A DNA stretch of 64,000 nt, taken from NCBI GenBank assembly GCA_963764725.1, contig CAVXTM010000005.1, forward strand, positions 1-64,000. The letters are read 5' to 3'. Of the stretch, positions 40,713-50,007 are shown one piece after another (the stretch's first letter is position 1; each line of letters opens with the position of its first letter). Position numbers and translations under genes: made by a program. A model generated the notes under the pieces. It was not told where the DNA came from. It did not search any database and saw only the letters and a program-made list of their open reading frames with translations. Origin of the DNA: an uncultured Gammaproteobacteria bacterium. Its GTDB lineage: Bacteria; Pseudomonadota; Gammaproteobacteria; JACCXJ01.

Positions 40713-41513
40713 ATGAGAAGCGAATTCCTTGAAGCCGGATCAAGAAGATCTAATTTGTTGTTTGGGCTCGCCATCGTAGCCATTTCCGGTATCTGGCTTG
40801 CAGCCTCTGCGGTTTCAGGGAGGGATTACGAGCCAATGACTCGGACGCAGATCATTGAGGCCCTGGCAAACTCGCCGGCTACTCAACGTGTTGATTTGCG
40901 CGACAAGGACTTTCGTGGACTCGACCTCTCCGGGGTGAACTTCAAGGGCGCCGATCTCTTCGGTACCCACATGCAGGGAGTCAAGCTGCGTGGTGCTAAC
41001 TTTGAAGGCTGCAACTTGGACCTCACCATACTCCGTGGTGCGGACCTTGAGGCTGCGAATCTAAAAAACGCCAGTATTTTCGGTGTGGTGTTGGTTGATG
41101 CCAATCTGAAAGGAGCCGATCTGTCGAATGCACGGCTCATCGCGGATTTGCAGCGCGCGAATCTGGAAGACGCCAAGCTTGTGCATGGAAAATTCCAGGC
41201 GGACATGAAGAACCAGCCAATGGGAAAGCTGCACGTATCGATGGTCAACGCCAATCTTAAGGGAGCGGATTTGACGGGGACCGATCTATCGGGCTGCGTT
41301 TCGAGGTTCGCGAACCTCAGCGGCGCCAATCTGACCGATACGAATTTTTCTACCTGCGATCTGCGCGGCGCCGATTTCACCAACGCCGTGCTTACGCGCG
41401 CCAAATTCGACCGGACACTAATTAGCGGAGCGGTGTTTACCGGGATTACTGGGAAAGATTCGATCACCGGCCTTGAGCAAGCGCAAGGGCGTGAGGATGC
41501 GCGCTTTGATTAA
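40713..41513 (+). CDS. Pentapeptide repeat protein with N-terminal signal/TM segment
   Basis: Many A(D/N)Lxx repeats. Confidence 0.92.
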   Translation: MRSEFLEAGSRRSNLLFGLAIVAISGIWLAASAVSGRDYEPMTRTQIIEALANSPATQRVDLRDKDFRGLDLSGVNFKGADLFGTHMQGVKLRGANFEGCNLDLTILRGADLEAANLKNASIFGVVLVDANLKGADLSNARLIADLQRANLEDAKLVHGKFQADMKNQPMGKLHVSMVNANLKGADLTGTDLSGCVSRFANLSGANLTDTNFSTCDLRGADFTNAVLTRAKFDRTLISGAVFTGITGKDSITGLEQAQGREDARFD

Positions 41514-41725
41514 GAGCGACTTGGCCGCGTTGTCGAAGAGACAACTAAGATCGATAGGCCGGGGTCCCGGCCTCAACGGGCGTAGTTCGTGGGTGGTGCT
41601 AAGAGACTTCGCCGGAGAGAAACGGTAATGGGCCCGTCAATAGGAGGAGGGACCGATACCGGCGGGCACCACCGCGAATAGCAGCGTGAGCACCACAAGT
41701 CGTCTTTCACGATGTGCGACAGCCG

Positions 41726-42481
41726 TCAACGATTTCCGCGGTGCGTACCCGTTGGCCTTCTAAGCTCTTCGATCCGTGTTTTGAGCCCGCGCACGATGCG
41801 TTTGGCGATGAAAGGGAAGATGGCTAGGAGTGTAAGCGACGCCAGCAATCCGGGTGATACAATGTCGCCCAAGGACTGGATGTTTGCGATCTGAGTGCCC
41901 GCGTTCACGCAAACGATGGCGCCGATGAGCATGCCCACCTGGCTTACCAGGATATAATTCGTGGTGGACATCGATGTCAAGCCCATGGCGAGGTTAATGA
42001 CGAGAAACGGGGAGACAGGCAACAGCCGCAGGCTGAAGAGATAAAACACACCGTCCTTGTCCATGCCCTCATTTATGAATCGTAAGCGGTCGCCGAAACG
42101 TTGTTGCACGATGTTGCGAAAAAAATAACGGGAGGCGAGAAACGCGAGGGTAGCCGCAACTGTCGAGGCGCATGAGACCAGCACTGTGCCCCACCAGAGT
42201 CCGAAGATATTTCCAGCGGCCAGCGTCAACACCAGACCGCCGGGAAGTGATAAGCCCGCAACAAAAATGTAAATGAGAATAAAGGCCGCGGCGGTGCGCC
42301 CGGGGTGGACTGCATAATAGTTATTGACGATGGATTGCTGCGCCACAAAATAGTCGATCGTAAAGTAGCGGTGAAACCCGAAAGCAAAAAACGAGGCTAC
42401 GATAACAATTAATAATGTCGCTAATAGTATCTTGACCCCTACGGCCGTTGGCGCGGGCGTAGCCATGGGTTTCGGGTCCAT
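41726..42481 (-). CDS. TVP38/TMEM64 (VTT/DedA) membrane protein
   Basis: LSLPGG..LTLAAG.IFG...G, LRLLP..PF..IN. Confidence 0.88.
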   Translation of the reverse strand: MDPKPMATPAPTAVGVKILLATLLIVIVASFFAFGFHRYFTIDYFVAQQSIVNNYYAVHPGRTAAAFILIYIFVAGLSLPGGLVLTLAAGNIFGLWWGTVLVSCASTVAATLAFLASRYFFRNIVQQRFGDRLRFINEGMDKDGVFYLFSLRLLPVSPFLVINLAMGLTSMSTTNYILVSQVGMLIGAIVCVNAGTQIANIQSLGDIVSPGLLASLTLLAIFPFIAKRIVRGLKTRIEELRRPTGTHRGNR

Positions 42482-42555
42482 GTTCTAAGCGTGGACCTCA
42501 GAGTGCTAGTGCTAAATTGCACATTATTTATACTGAGCAGTCAGCGGTGGACATT

Positions 42556-44243
42556 TTAGTCCCTTATCCATGAAATCTTGTGCAAAAAAGCAAAGAGTGT
42601 CATGCATGAGCGGTATTGAGAGCAGGCATGACCACATACTCTCGGATAGCGAGTGCGCTGCTGAGCACACGACGCCCGAATGTCGTGAGGTAGTACTTGT
42701 AGCGATGTCCAATCTTTTTGATGAGGCCATGGGTGCGCAAGCGTTTCAACCAGTAGGAGGCACGGCCGGTGGAGAGATCCCGGAGATGGGCTCGGAGATC
42801 GGAGGCGCGAAAGCCGCTGATGTTCCACTCCCCGCGGGCGAGGGTAATAAAAAGGCTATGATCTTCACCGAGGAAGAGATTGAAGCCCCGATAGGAGCGG
42901 TCTTTCTCTCGTACAGGTTTGGCCATTTTGTCGATGGCGTGCAGAGCTGCATTGGGGTTATCGATGCTGGCCATGAAGCTGAGATAGCGTTCATTGGCAG
43001 CATGCATCAGCTCTCGCAGATCGGGGAGGCTATAGATGTTTTTTCGCAGGGGTGCGAGTTTGAATTGCTTGCGCCCATTGCGTTGTTCCACCCAACGGTG
43101 GTGTTTGAAGAAGGAGACATCGTTGGCGGTGCATTCCACCCGAGCCATGAGACTGAATTTATCGTAGAGCTTGAGGCTTGCTGGTCCCATATGATGGCGG
43201 ATGCGTGTACCCTGAATGCGGGTGTGAAAATCGTTACCGGCCTCCCCGCTGAAGGCCGAGGTGAGTTTGCGTCCCAAGAAGGTGGCGACGTGTTCTGCCT
43301 TGAGGGCATGCACGGCGGTACGCACGATGGCTTGATAGAGGGGTTGGAAATCGGCTTGGCGGTGGAAGATGACATCGGTCGAGAAAGCCAGGGCCAGGGA
43401 GTGGCCCTGCTTGGCGCGCCGAGGATGCAACTCCACCTGCATGCAGCTCCAGTGATAACCAGCGCGAAACTGACCCAAGATAGGACAGAAGCTTTTCGCC
43501 CATCGGTCCAAACGCCGATGCAAGCCTTTGGGATCGAGGCTATCGGCAAGCGCCTGAGCCTGTTGGGGATCGCCGATGGACAAGAAGGCATTATCGGCGC
43601 GCTCAAAGGCGATCCCTGTCTTGGTCAGTCGTTGGGCTAACCAGTGATGGCCGTTCAAATAGACCTGCAGGCGAAACGGTGCCCAGGTGGGTACTCGGAC
43701 ATAACAGAGCCCGAAGATCTCATCGATGAAATAGAAGTAATAATGCAAACACTTGCCCGGGGTAGACTTCAAACGGGTCGTATGCTGAAGCTTGTCATGC
43801 CAGGGGCGATACGAAGGACAGGCCTCCATCGCCGAGAAGATATGCACCAGCCCCGGGTGCTCACCGCGCAAAGCCAAAATCGCTTTGATCCGTTCTTCTT
43901 TACGAAACGCCTTGTAATGACGGATGAATTCAATTTCCAACGAAGCCTCAGCGGCCAGCCGCTCGGCATGGGTCCGAAGCGCCTCGCGCAGCGGTTCCGC
44001 CCAGCGGGGGTAGTCAAACAGACGCATACCCCGGACACCCAAATATCGGGCCATGGCCTCGGCATGGGCGATCTCCGGAAGCGTGCCAGTGATCACGATG
44101 CGGTCAAAGCAACAAAGCACCGCGGCGATCTTCGCTTGATGGCGTTCAACAAAGGGATTCATGGTGACAACTCATCTCAATCTTTATTGCCCATCCGCCA
44201 GAATAGTACATTCAACACCTTGGTTCCGGCTATGCCGGGTTAG
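42556..44243 (-). mobile_element. Putative single-gene mobile element bounded by CTAA direct repeats, without terminal inverted repeats
   Basis: TTAG at 42556-42559 and 44240-44243 (+ strand); hairpin CCGGC-ATA-GCCGG next to the upstream boundary; lies just upstream of fadD. Confidence 0.65.
42600..44162 (-). CDS. Putative transposase/relaxase with Rep_trans-like core and C-terminal winged HTH
   Basis: HYYFYF.D..FG, LKLYDKF...RVECT and a C-terminal wHTH (SYWLKRLRTHGLIKK...YYLT); no DDE signature recognised. Confidence 0.7.
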   Translation of the reverse strand: MNPFVERHQAKIAAVLCCFDRIVITGTLPEIAHAEAMARYLGVRGMRLFDYPRWAEPLREALRTHAERLAAEASLEIEFIRHYKAFRKEERIKAILALRGEHPGLVHIFSAMEACPSYRPWHDKLQHTTRLKSTPGKCLHYYFYFIDEIFGLCYVRVPTWAPFRLQVYLNGHHWLAQRLTKTGIAFERADNAFLSIGDPQQAQALADSLDPKGLHRRLDRWAKSFCPILGQFRAGYHWSCMQVELHPRRAKQGHSLALAFSTDVIFHRQADFQPLYQAIVRTAVHALKAEHVATFLGRKLTSAFSGEAGNDFHTRIQGTRIRHHMGPASLKLYDKFSLMARVECTANDVSFFKHHRWVEQRNGRKQFKLAPLRKNIYSLPDLRELMHAANERYLSFMASIDNPNAALHAIDKMAKPVREKDRSYRGFNLFLGEDHSLFITLARGEWNISGFRASDLRAHLRDLSTGRASYWLKRLRTHGLIKKIGHRYKYYLTTFGRRVLSSALAIREYVVMPALNTAHA

Positions 44244-44260
44244 GTATAGGGGGTATCGCT

Positions 44261-46003
44261 ATGACGGGGTTAGCCTATAACACGGTTAGCGGCTCATCGG
44301 TCGCCATGCCGGCTGGAACTGATCCGTACGCCGAACGTATCTGGTTGAAAGCCTACCCGCAAGGCGTACCGGCCGACATCGGTATCGAAAGATACTCCTC
44401 TCTAGTGGACCAATTTGAGCAATGCTTTACTCGCTATGGTACGCGCCCCGCATTCGCGAACATGGGCGGCGTCCTGACCTATTCCGCGCTCGATGAGATG
44501 AGCAGGGCGTTCGCAGCGTTTCTGCAAGGCCCTCTCGGGCTCAAACCCGGCGCCCGCATCGCCATCATGCTACCGAACCTGCTTCAATTTCCCGTGGCGC
44601 TCATTGGCGCATTGCGAGCGGGATTGATCGTCGTGAACACGAATCCCTTGTATACGCCCCGCGAACTGCATCACCAGCTTGTGGATTCGGGCGCCTCGGC
44701 CATCGTGATCCTGAGCAATTGTGCCCACGTGTTGGAGAAAGCTCTGTCTGGTTCTCGTGTTGAAAACGTCATAATCACCGATCTGGGAGACCTCCTACCC
44801 TGGCCACGACGCGCGATCATTAACTTTGTGGTAAAGCGGATCAAGCGCCTCGTACCCAAGTATGAGATCAGAGGAGCATTCAATTTCAGGGAAGCCCTTG
44901 ACGTCGGTAAGGGACTCAAACTCGATCGGGTGTCGATCGGTCACGCCGACGTCGCCATGCTGCAGTATACCGGCGGGACGACGGCTATCCCTAAAGCCGC
45001 TATGCTAACGCATGGAAATCTAGTCGCAAATACCTTGCAATCGCTGGTGTGGCACGATCCCATCGTAGGCGATGGCGACGAAGTCGTGATTACCGCGATA
45101 CCGCTCTATCATATTTTCGCGTTCACGATCAATTGCTTGACCTTCCTCGAGCTTGGCGCGTTGAATCGTCTGATCACGGACCCACGCAATCTAAAAGCAT
45201 TTGTAAGTGAGCTGCGCGCGTCCAGGTTTACGTGCATCACCGGAGTCAACACCCTATTCAATCACCTCATGAATACGCCGGGGTTCAGGGATCTCGATTT
45301 CTCCGGTCTCAAGATCTGCGTGGGCGGAGGCATGGCCGTCCAGCGCGCCATCGCCGAGCGCTGGAAAGCAATGACGAATTGTATATTGATCGAGGGTTAC
45401 GGCCTGACCGAGACCTCCCCCTTGGCATGCGTGAACCCCTTGGACATCAAGGAGTTCAGCGGCAGTATCGGCCTCCCTGTGCCTTCGACCGAATGCAGCA
45501 TTCGTGACGACAGCGGAGCGCCGGTGTCGCTGGGAAGCGTCGGGGAACTATGGATCCGCGGTCCACAAGTGATGAAGGGCTATTGGAATCAGCCCGCCGA
45601 GACGGCCAAAGTGCTAACCTCCGATGGATGGCTGAAAACGGGCGACATCGCGAGCATGGATGAGCGCGGGTTTATGCGCTTGGTAGATCGCAAGAAAGAT
45701 CTGATCCTGGTGTCAGGATTCAACGTTTGTCCCAGCGAGATCGAGGAGGTCGTAATGGCGCACCCAGGGGTTCTCGAGGCGGCGGTGGTCGGGGTGCCGG
45801 ATGAGGACACCGGCGAGGCCGTCAAGCTGGTACTGGTGCGCCGCGATCCAGCCCTAAGCGCGCAAGAGCTACAAGCGTATTGCAAGGAAAATCTCGTCAC
45901 TTACAAACTACCGAAACATATCGAGTTTCGCGACCAGCTTCCAAAGTCGAGCGTGGGCAAGATCCTCCGCCGCGTCCTGCGCGAGGCGCAGGCTGCTGGC
46001 TAA
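44261..46003 (+). CDS. fadD: Long-chain fatty acid--CoA ligase
   Basis: QYTGGTT..PK, EGYGLTETSP, GWLKTGD, DRKKDLI, PKSSVGKILRR. Confidence 0.93.
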   Translation: MTGLAYNTVSGSSVAMPAGTDPYAERIWLKAYPQGVPADIGIERYSSLVDQFEQCFTRYGTRPAFANMGGVLTYSALDEMSRAFAAFLQGPLGLKPGARIAIMLPNLLQFPVALIGALRAGLIVVNTNPLYTPRELHHQLVDSGASAIVILSNCAHVLEKALSGSRVENVIITDLGDLLPWPRRAIINFVVKRIKRLVPKYEIRGAFNFREALDVGKGLKLDRVSIGHADVAMLQYTGGTTAIPKAAMLTHGNLVANTLQSLVWHDPIVGDGDEVVITAIPLYHIFAFTINCLTFLELGALNRLITDPRNLKAFVSELRASRFTCITGVNTLFNHLMNTPGFRDLDFSGLKICVGGGMAVQRAIAERWKAMTNCILIEGYGLTETSPLACVNPLDIKEFSGSIGLPVPSTECSIRDDSGAPVSLGSVGELWIRGPQVMKGYWNQPAETAKVLTSDGWLKTGDIASMDERGFMRLVDRKKDLILVSGFNVCPSEIEEVVMAHPGVLEAAVVGVPDEDTGEAVKLVLVRRDPALSAQELQAYCKENLVTYKLPKHIEFRDQLPKSSVGKILRRVLREAQAAG

Positions 46004-46050
46004 GCGTCGAGATGCGCCCCGGCGCGTCCGCTCGTTAGAGCGATAAGAAT

Positions 46051-47559
46051 ATGAGCTCACGCTTTGCCGGCCTCGCGGTCGCCCTGCTATTCTCGATCGC
46101 AGCGGCGGGCGATCCGCTCACCCCCGGCAGCGCCTTGGAGCGCAGTGGATACATGCGCCTGACCACCTCCGCCGAGGTCAGCAAGTTCTTGGGCCAACTC
46201 GCATTGCTTTCGCCTTTCGTGCGTAAGGAACAAATAGGCCGCTCCGCCGGTGGGCGGTCCATCGACGCCGTATGGATTTCCAAGCCACCGCCCGTGCGCG
46301 CCAGCAAGAACACTTCGTTGCCGCGCCTGACTATTTTGCTTGTCGGCACGCAGCACGGAACCGAACCTTCGGGCGGGGAGGCGCTGCTGCTGATCGCGCG
46401 AAGGCTTGCGCTGGGCGATCTGAACTCGCTGCTCAATGGTGCGGATTTCATCATCGTACCAAACGCCAACCCCGACGGACGTGATCTCCATCGGCGCGTC
46501 AACGCCAATAATGTGAATTTGAGCACGGATTTCGTGCTTTTATCTCAGCCCGAAAGCCGCGCGATCAATGATCTGCTCTTGCGCGTACGGCCGGAAGTCG
46601 TGCTCGATGTCCATGAATCCGCGATACTGAAAAAGAAAACCCTCGGCCGTGAGGGCTACCTAACGGACTTCAATGCCCAGTTCGAGATCGGGAACAACGC
46701 TAACATCGCGCCCGAGATCAGGCGCCTGAGTCTCGACCGCTTGCTGCCCGAAATTGTGCGCGAAGTTCGACGCCGCGGCTTGCCGGCCCAGCGTTACATT
46801 GGCGAGATCACGAGTATTCGCCAGCCGCTTACCAACGGTGGTTTGTCCCTTAAGAACTTGCGTAACAAGGCCGGAATGCTGGACGCCTTGTCGTTTCTGG
46901 TCGAGAATCGCCTGGATCCGCCGGGGAACTACCCGACGCATAGAAACATCCGCGAGCGCGTTGTTGAGCAGATCCTCTGTATTGAAACCTTCCTTAAGGT
47001 CGTCCGCGCGCATGCACAGGCGATCATGGGGATAACACGCGCGGTCCGAATGGCGCCTATGCCCCGATCGGTGTATTTGTACACGGCTTATGAAAGAAAT
47101 AAAACCCAACCGCGCATGTCCTTGAAGTTGCGGCGGCGCGATACGGGGTTGGCGGAGAAGCGGTGGTTCGACGATCATCGCGCGGTAGCCACGGCGCATA
47201 AATTAAACCCACCGCAAGCCTATGTCGTCACGGCTCATGAGCAACCCGTCGCGGCGGTTTTAACGCGGCACCATCTCAGGTATAAGAAGATTACCAACCG
47301 GCGTAAGCTCGCGGTGTATGCGCAGAAAATAGAAGCGGATGGCAAGCCCTTGAAACCGGACGAGCCAGCGGCTATTCACGCGTACCCGGTCGAGCTTTTC
47401 CTAGAACCGGGCGATCTGTGGATCGAGGCGCGCCAACCGGAGGGTTTGATCTTACCCTTGCTGTTGGATCCTCGTTCCACCAGCGGTATTTTCGCCTACC
47501 CCCCGTTTAACGCCGGGTTGCGCCGGGGACGGGAATTTTTCGTCTATCGCGTGCCATAG
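46051..47559 (+). CDS. Secreted M14-family zinc carboxypeptidase
   Basis: Signal peptide, QHGTE, NPDG, RVNANNVNL, LDVHE. Confidence 0.85.
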   Translation: MSSRFAGLAVALLFSIAAAGDPLTPGSALERSGYMRLTTSAEVSKFLGQLALLSPFVRKEQIGRSAGGRSIDAVWISKPPPVRASKNTSLPRLTILLVGTQHGTEPSGGEALLLIARRLALGDLNSLLNGADFIIVPNANPDGRDLHRRVNANNVNLSTDFVLLSQPESRAINDLLLRVRPEVVLDVHESAILKKKTLGREGYLTDFNAQFEIGNNANIAPEIRRLSLDRLLPEIVREVRRRGLPAQRYIGEITSIRQPLTNGGLSLKNLRNKAGMLDALSFLVENRLDPPGNYPTHRNIRERVVEQILCIETFLKVVRAHAQAIMGITRAVRMAPMPRSVYLYTAYERNKTQPRMSLKLRRRDTGLAEKRWFDDHRAVATAHKLNPPQAYVVTAHEQPVAAVLTRHHLRYKKITNRRKLAVYAQKIEADGKPLKPDEPAAIHAYPVELFLEPGDLWIEARQPEGLILPLLLDPRSTSGIFAYPPFNAGLRRGREFFVYRVP

Positions 47560-47588
47560 CCTGCTGAGCGCAGCGCGCGGCGTGCTCT

Positions 47589-49166
47589 CTAGAACTGCCG
47601 GGCGGACAAAGCATCCGGATCTGGCATGATCGACTTCCTTGCCCCAGCCGATGCGGCGATTTGCGTCAAGATCTCCTCGGCCATACGCTGGGCTGCAATT
47701 AGACTCGGACCTTGGACTGTTTCCTTAAGCAGTTTGAGCGGTTCGTGGGCGTCCTGTGAACCATGCTTAGCAGCTACTTCGCACCACGCGTAGGCACGCA
47801 CGCGATCCGGATCGACGCCGCGGCCAATGGCATATGATAAGCACAAGAAGTATTGAGCGTCGGCTACGCCTTGCATCGCCGCCTCGCGATACCAACGAAC
47901 GGCGTACGCGTGGTTTTGCGCCGTTCCCCGGCCCTGCCCAAACATCAGCCCCAGATTGTACTGCGCGTTGCCATGGCCCAGTTGCGCCGCTTGTTGGAGC
48001 GAAGCGAAGGCCTTTTCATCGTCCACGGGCGTGTTTTCGCCATTGCGGTAGGCCATACCTTCTTCGAATAATGCGTCGGCTTTGTTCGATTGTTCAGCCG
48101 GAACCGCGCTTGGACCAGACACCACCGGAACGGTGGGGGTGCTCGCGGGTGGGTTTTCCCTTGACGCGAGTGGCGGGGCGGCGCCGCGTTGCGTCGCGAA
48201 TCCGGCGACAATGGCGATCGCGGCGCCGATCCCGAGCGCGCCCCAGACTGCACGGCGCCCCCAGGAGGATTGAACGTGAACATTCACGGGAGGTGGAGCA
48301 TATTGCGCCTCTTCGCTGTCCGTGACCGCGGTGGCCAGCAATATCGTTTTGGTATCCGTGTTACGCGGCGTAGGGCGGTTTCGCAGGTGCTGCAGGTGAG
48401 TCAGCAACTCGTCGACGTCGGCGTAACGATCCTCGGTCCCTTTGGCCGTCATGCGCCCGACGATCTCCTCGAAATGCGCGTGCATTTCGGGCAAGGCTGG
48501 CATCGGCTCGTTTATGTGCTTTACGATGGTCTTGATATCGGACTCGTCATCGAAAGGTTTCACGCCGGTCAGCATCTCATAGAACACGATACCGAGGCTG
48601 TAGATATCGGAGCGGCAATCAACCTCTCTACCCTGGGCCTGCTCGGGGCTCATGTAGTGCGGGCTGCCCATGATCGTTCCGGTGAGGGTGACATTCCTTT
48701 CCAGGCCGATCTGCTTGGCAATCCCAAAATCGGTAAGAATTGGAATGGCCTCCTCCCGGAACAGGATGTTGGCGGGTTTCACGTCTCGGTGCACCATGTT
48801 TCTTCGATGCGCGAGCCTGAGCGCACTCGCCATCTGCTCGATCACGTCGAGGGCGAACGCCGGGCCGAGGCCGCCTTTGATTCTCTGCTTCAGATCGCCC
48901 CCCTCGATATACTCCATCGAGATATAATGCAGCCCGTTCGCGATCCCGATATCATGAATGGTAATGATGTTCGTATGCGAAAGTTGCGCGACGGTGCGGC
49001 CCTCGTTGAGAAAACGCTCGGAAAATTCCGGGGCGTCAAAATTGGTTAGGATCTTAAGAGCCACCGCGCGGTGCAGCGATTCTTGAATCGCGAGGTACAC
49101 GGAGGCCATCCCGCCCTTGCCGATGCGGCGCTCGATTCTGTATCCAGGGATGATGTTGGGGTTCAT
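47589..49166 (-). CDS. Membrane Ser/Thr protein kinase with Sel1 repeats
   Basis: GKGGMA.VY, HRDVKPAN, DFGIA, YMSPEQ, TM helix, AQYNLG.M...G.G repeats. Confidence 0.93.
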   Translation of the reverse strand: MNPNIIPGYRIERRIGKGGMASVYLAIQESLHRAVALKILTNFDAPEFSERFLNEGRTVAQLSHTNIITIHDIGIANGLHYISMEYIEGGDLKQRIKGGLGPAFALDVIEQMASALRLAHRRNMVHRDVKPANILFREEAIPILTDFGIAKQIGLERNVTLTGTIMGSPHYMSPEQAQGREVDCRSDIYSLGIVFYEMLTGVKPFDDESDIKTIVKHINEPMPALPEMHAHFEEIVGRMTAKGTEDRYADVDELLTHLQHLRNRPTPRNTDTKTILLATAVTDSEEAQYAPPPVNVHVQSSWGRRAVWGALGIGAAIAIVAGFATQRGAAPPLASRENPPASTPTVPVVSGPSAVPAEQSNKADALFEEGMAYRNGENTPVDDEKAFASLQQAAQLGHGNAQYNLGLMFGQGRGTAQNHAYAVRWYREAAMQGVADAQYFLCLSYAIGRGVDPDRVRAYAWCEVAAKHGSQDAHEPLKLLKETVQGPSLIAAQRMAEEILTQIAASAGARKSIMPDPDALSARQF

Positions 49167-49413
49167 AGTCTCAAAGTCTGCGATGGGTTACGGGCAAGCT
49201 GAGTGTGGCCCAGCGGCGCCCTAATCCGCGGTCCTGGAATTGCGATATACCCCTGGATTTAGGACACAGCTCACTCGAAAAGGTGTTGGCGATATATCGT
49301 GCATATCGAGGAAGTTCTTTAAAGTTGTCGGCGTGGTTCAGGTTAACGAATTCGAGCGATGCGCCCGTGGACTGGGGATGCGGCCTGCATGCGCGCGGAG
49401 GGAATAACTTTGT

Positions 49414-49956
49414 ATGAAGATTAGGATTTACCGGGACAAGACACCGCGGATCGCGGCGACGGCCTTCGTCGATGCCACCGCCGTTGTGATCGGCGATGTT
49501 ACTATCGGTGCGCACAGCTCCTTATGGCCTATGGCCGTTGCGCGTGGGGACGTGAACGCGATCGTCATCGGCGATTACACCAATGTTCAAGACGGGACCG
49601 TCGTCCACACTACCTCGGACAGCATGTATTCTCCCGGAGGTTACACGGTCACGATCGGCAATCATGTCACCGTCGGCCATCGCGCCGTGATCCACGGCTG
49701 CCGAATCGAGGACTATTGCCTCATCGGCATGTCGGCGACGGTCATGGACGGCGCCGTCTTGGAAGCGGGGTTAATCCTGGGAGCGGGGAGTCTGGTGCCG
49801 AGTGGCAAAGTGCTTCAAGGAGGGTATCTTTGGATCGGGAGTCCCGCGCGCAAGTCACGTCCGCTAACGGAGGTGGAGCAGAGCTACCTTTCGGATTCGG
49901 CTGCTCATTATGTCAATTTGAAAGACCGATATCTGGGGATGCCTGGTCATGAATGA
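49414..49956 (+). CDS. Gamma carbonic anhydrase family (YrdA-like)
   Basis: Hexapeptide repeats, RGDVN, NVQDG.VVH, TVGH..VIHGC. Confidence 0.92.
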   Translation: MKIRIYRDKTPRIAATAFVDATAVVIGDVTIGAHSSLWPMAVARGDVNAIVIGDYTNVQDGTVVHTTSDSMYSPGGYTVTIGNHVTVGHRAVIHGCRIEDYCLIGMSATVMDGAVLEAGLILGAGSLVPSGKVLQGGYLWIGSPARKSRPLTEVEQSYLSDSAAHYVNLKDRYLGMPGHE

Positions 49957-50007
49957 ACCGGCATGCGTAGCGCCGGTGATCGTTATACGTTTGTCCCAAT
50001 GGCGTGC

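Noticed and set aside
40713-41513. 15-bp periodicity in the DNA
   Set aside because: Explained by the pentapeptide repeat protein.
42570-44243. Long + strand ORFs 42570-43640 and 43644-44243
   Set aside because: Antisense shadows of the minus-strand putative transposase; no recognisable motifs.
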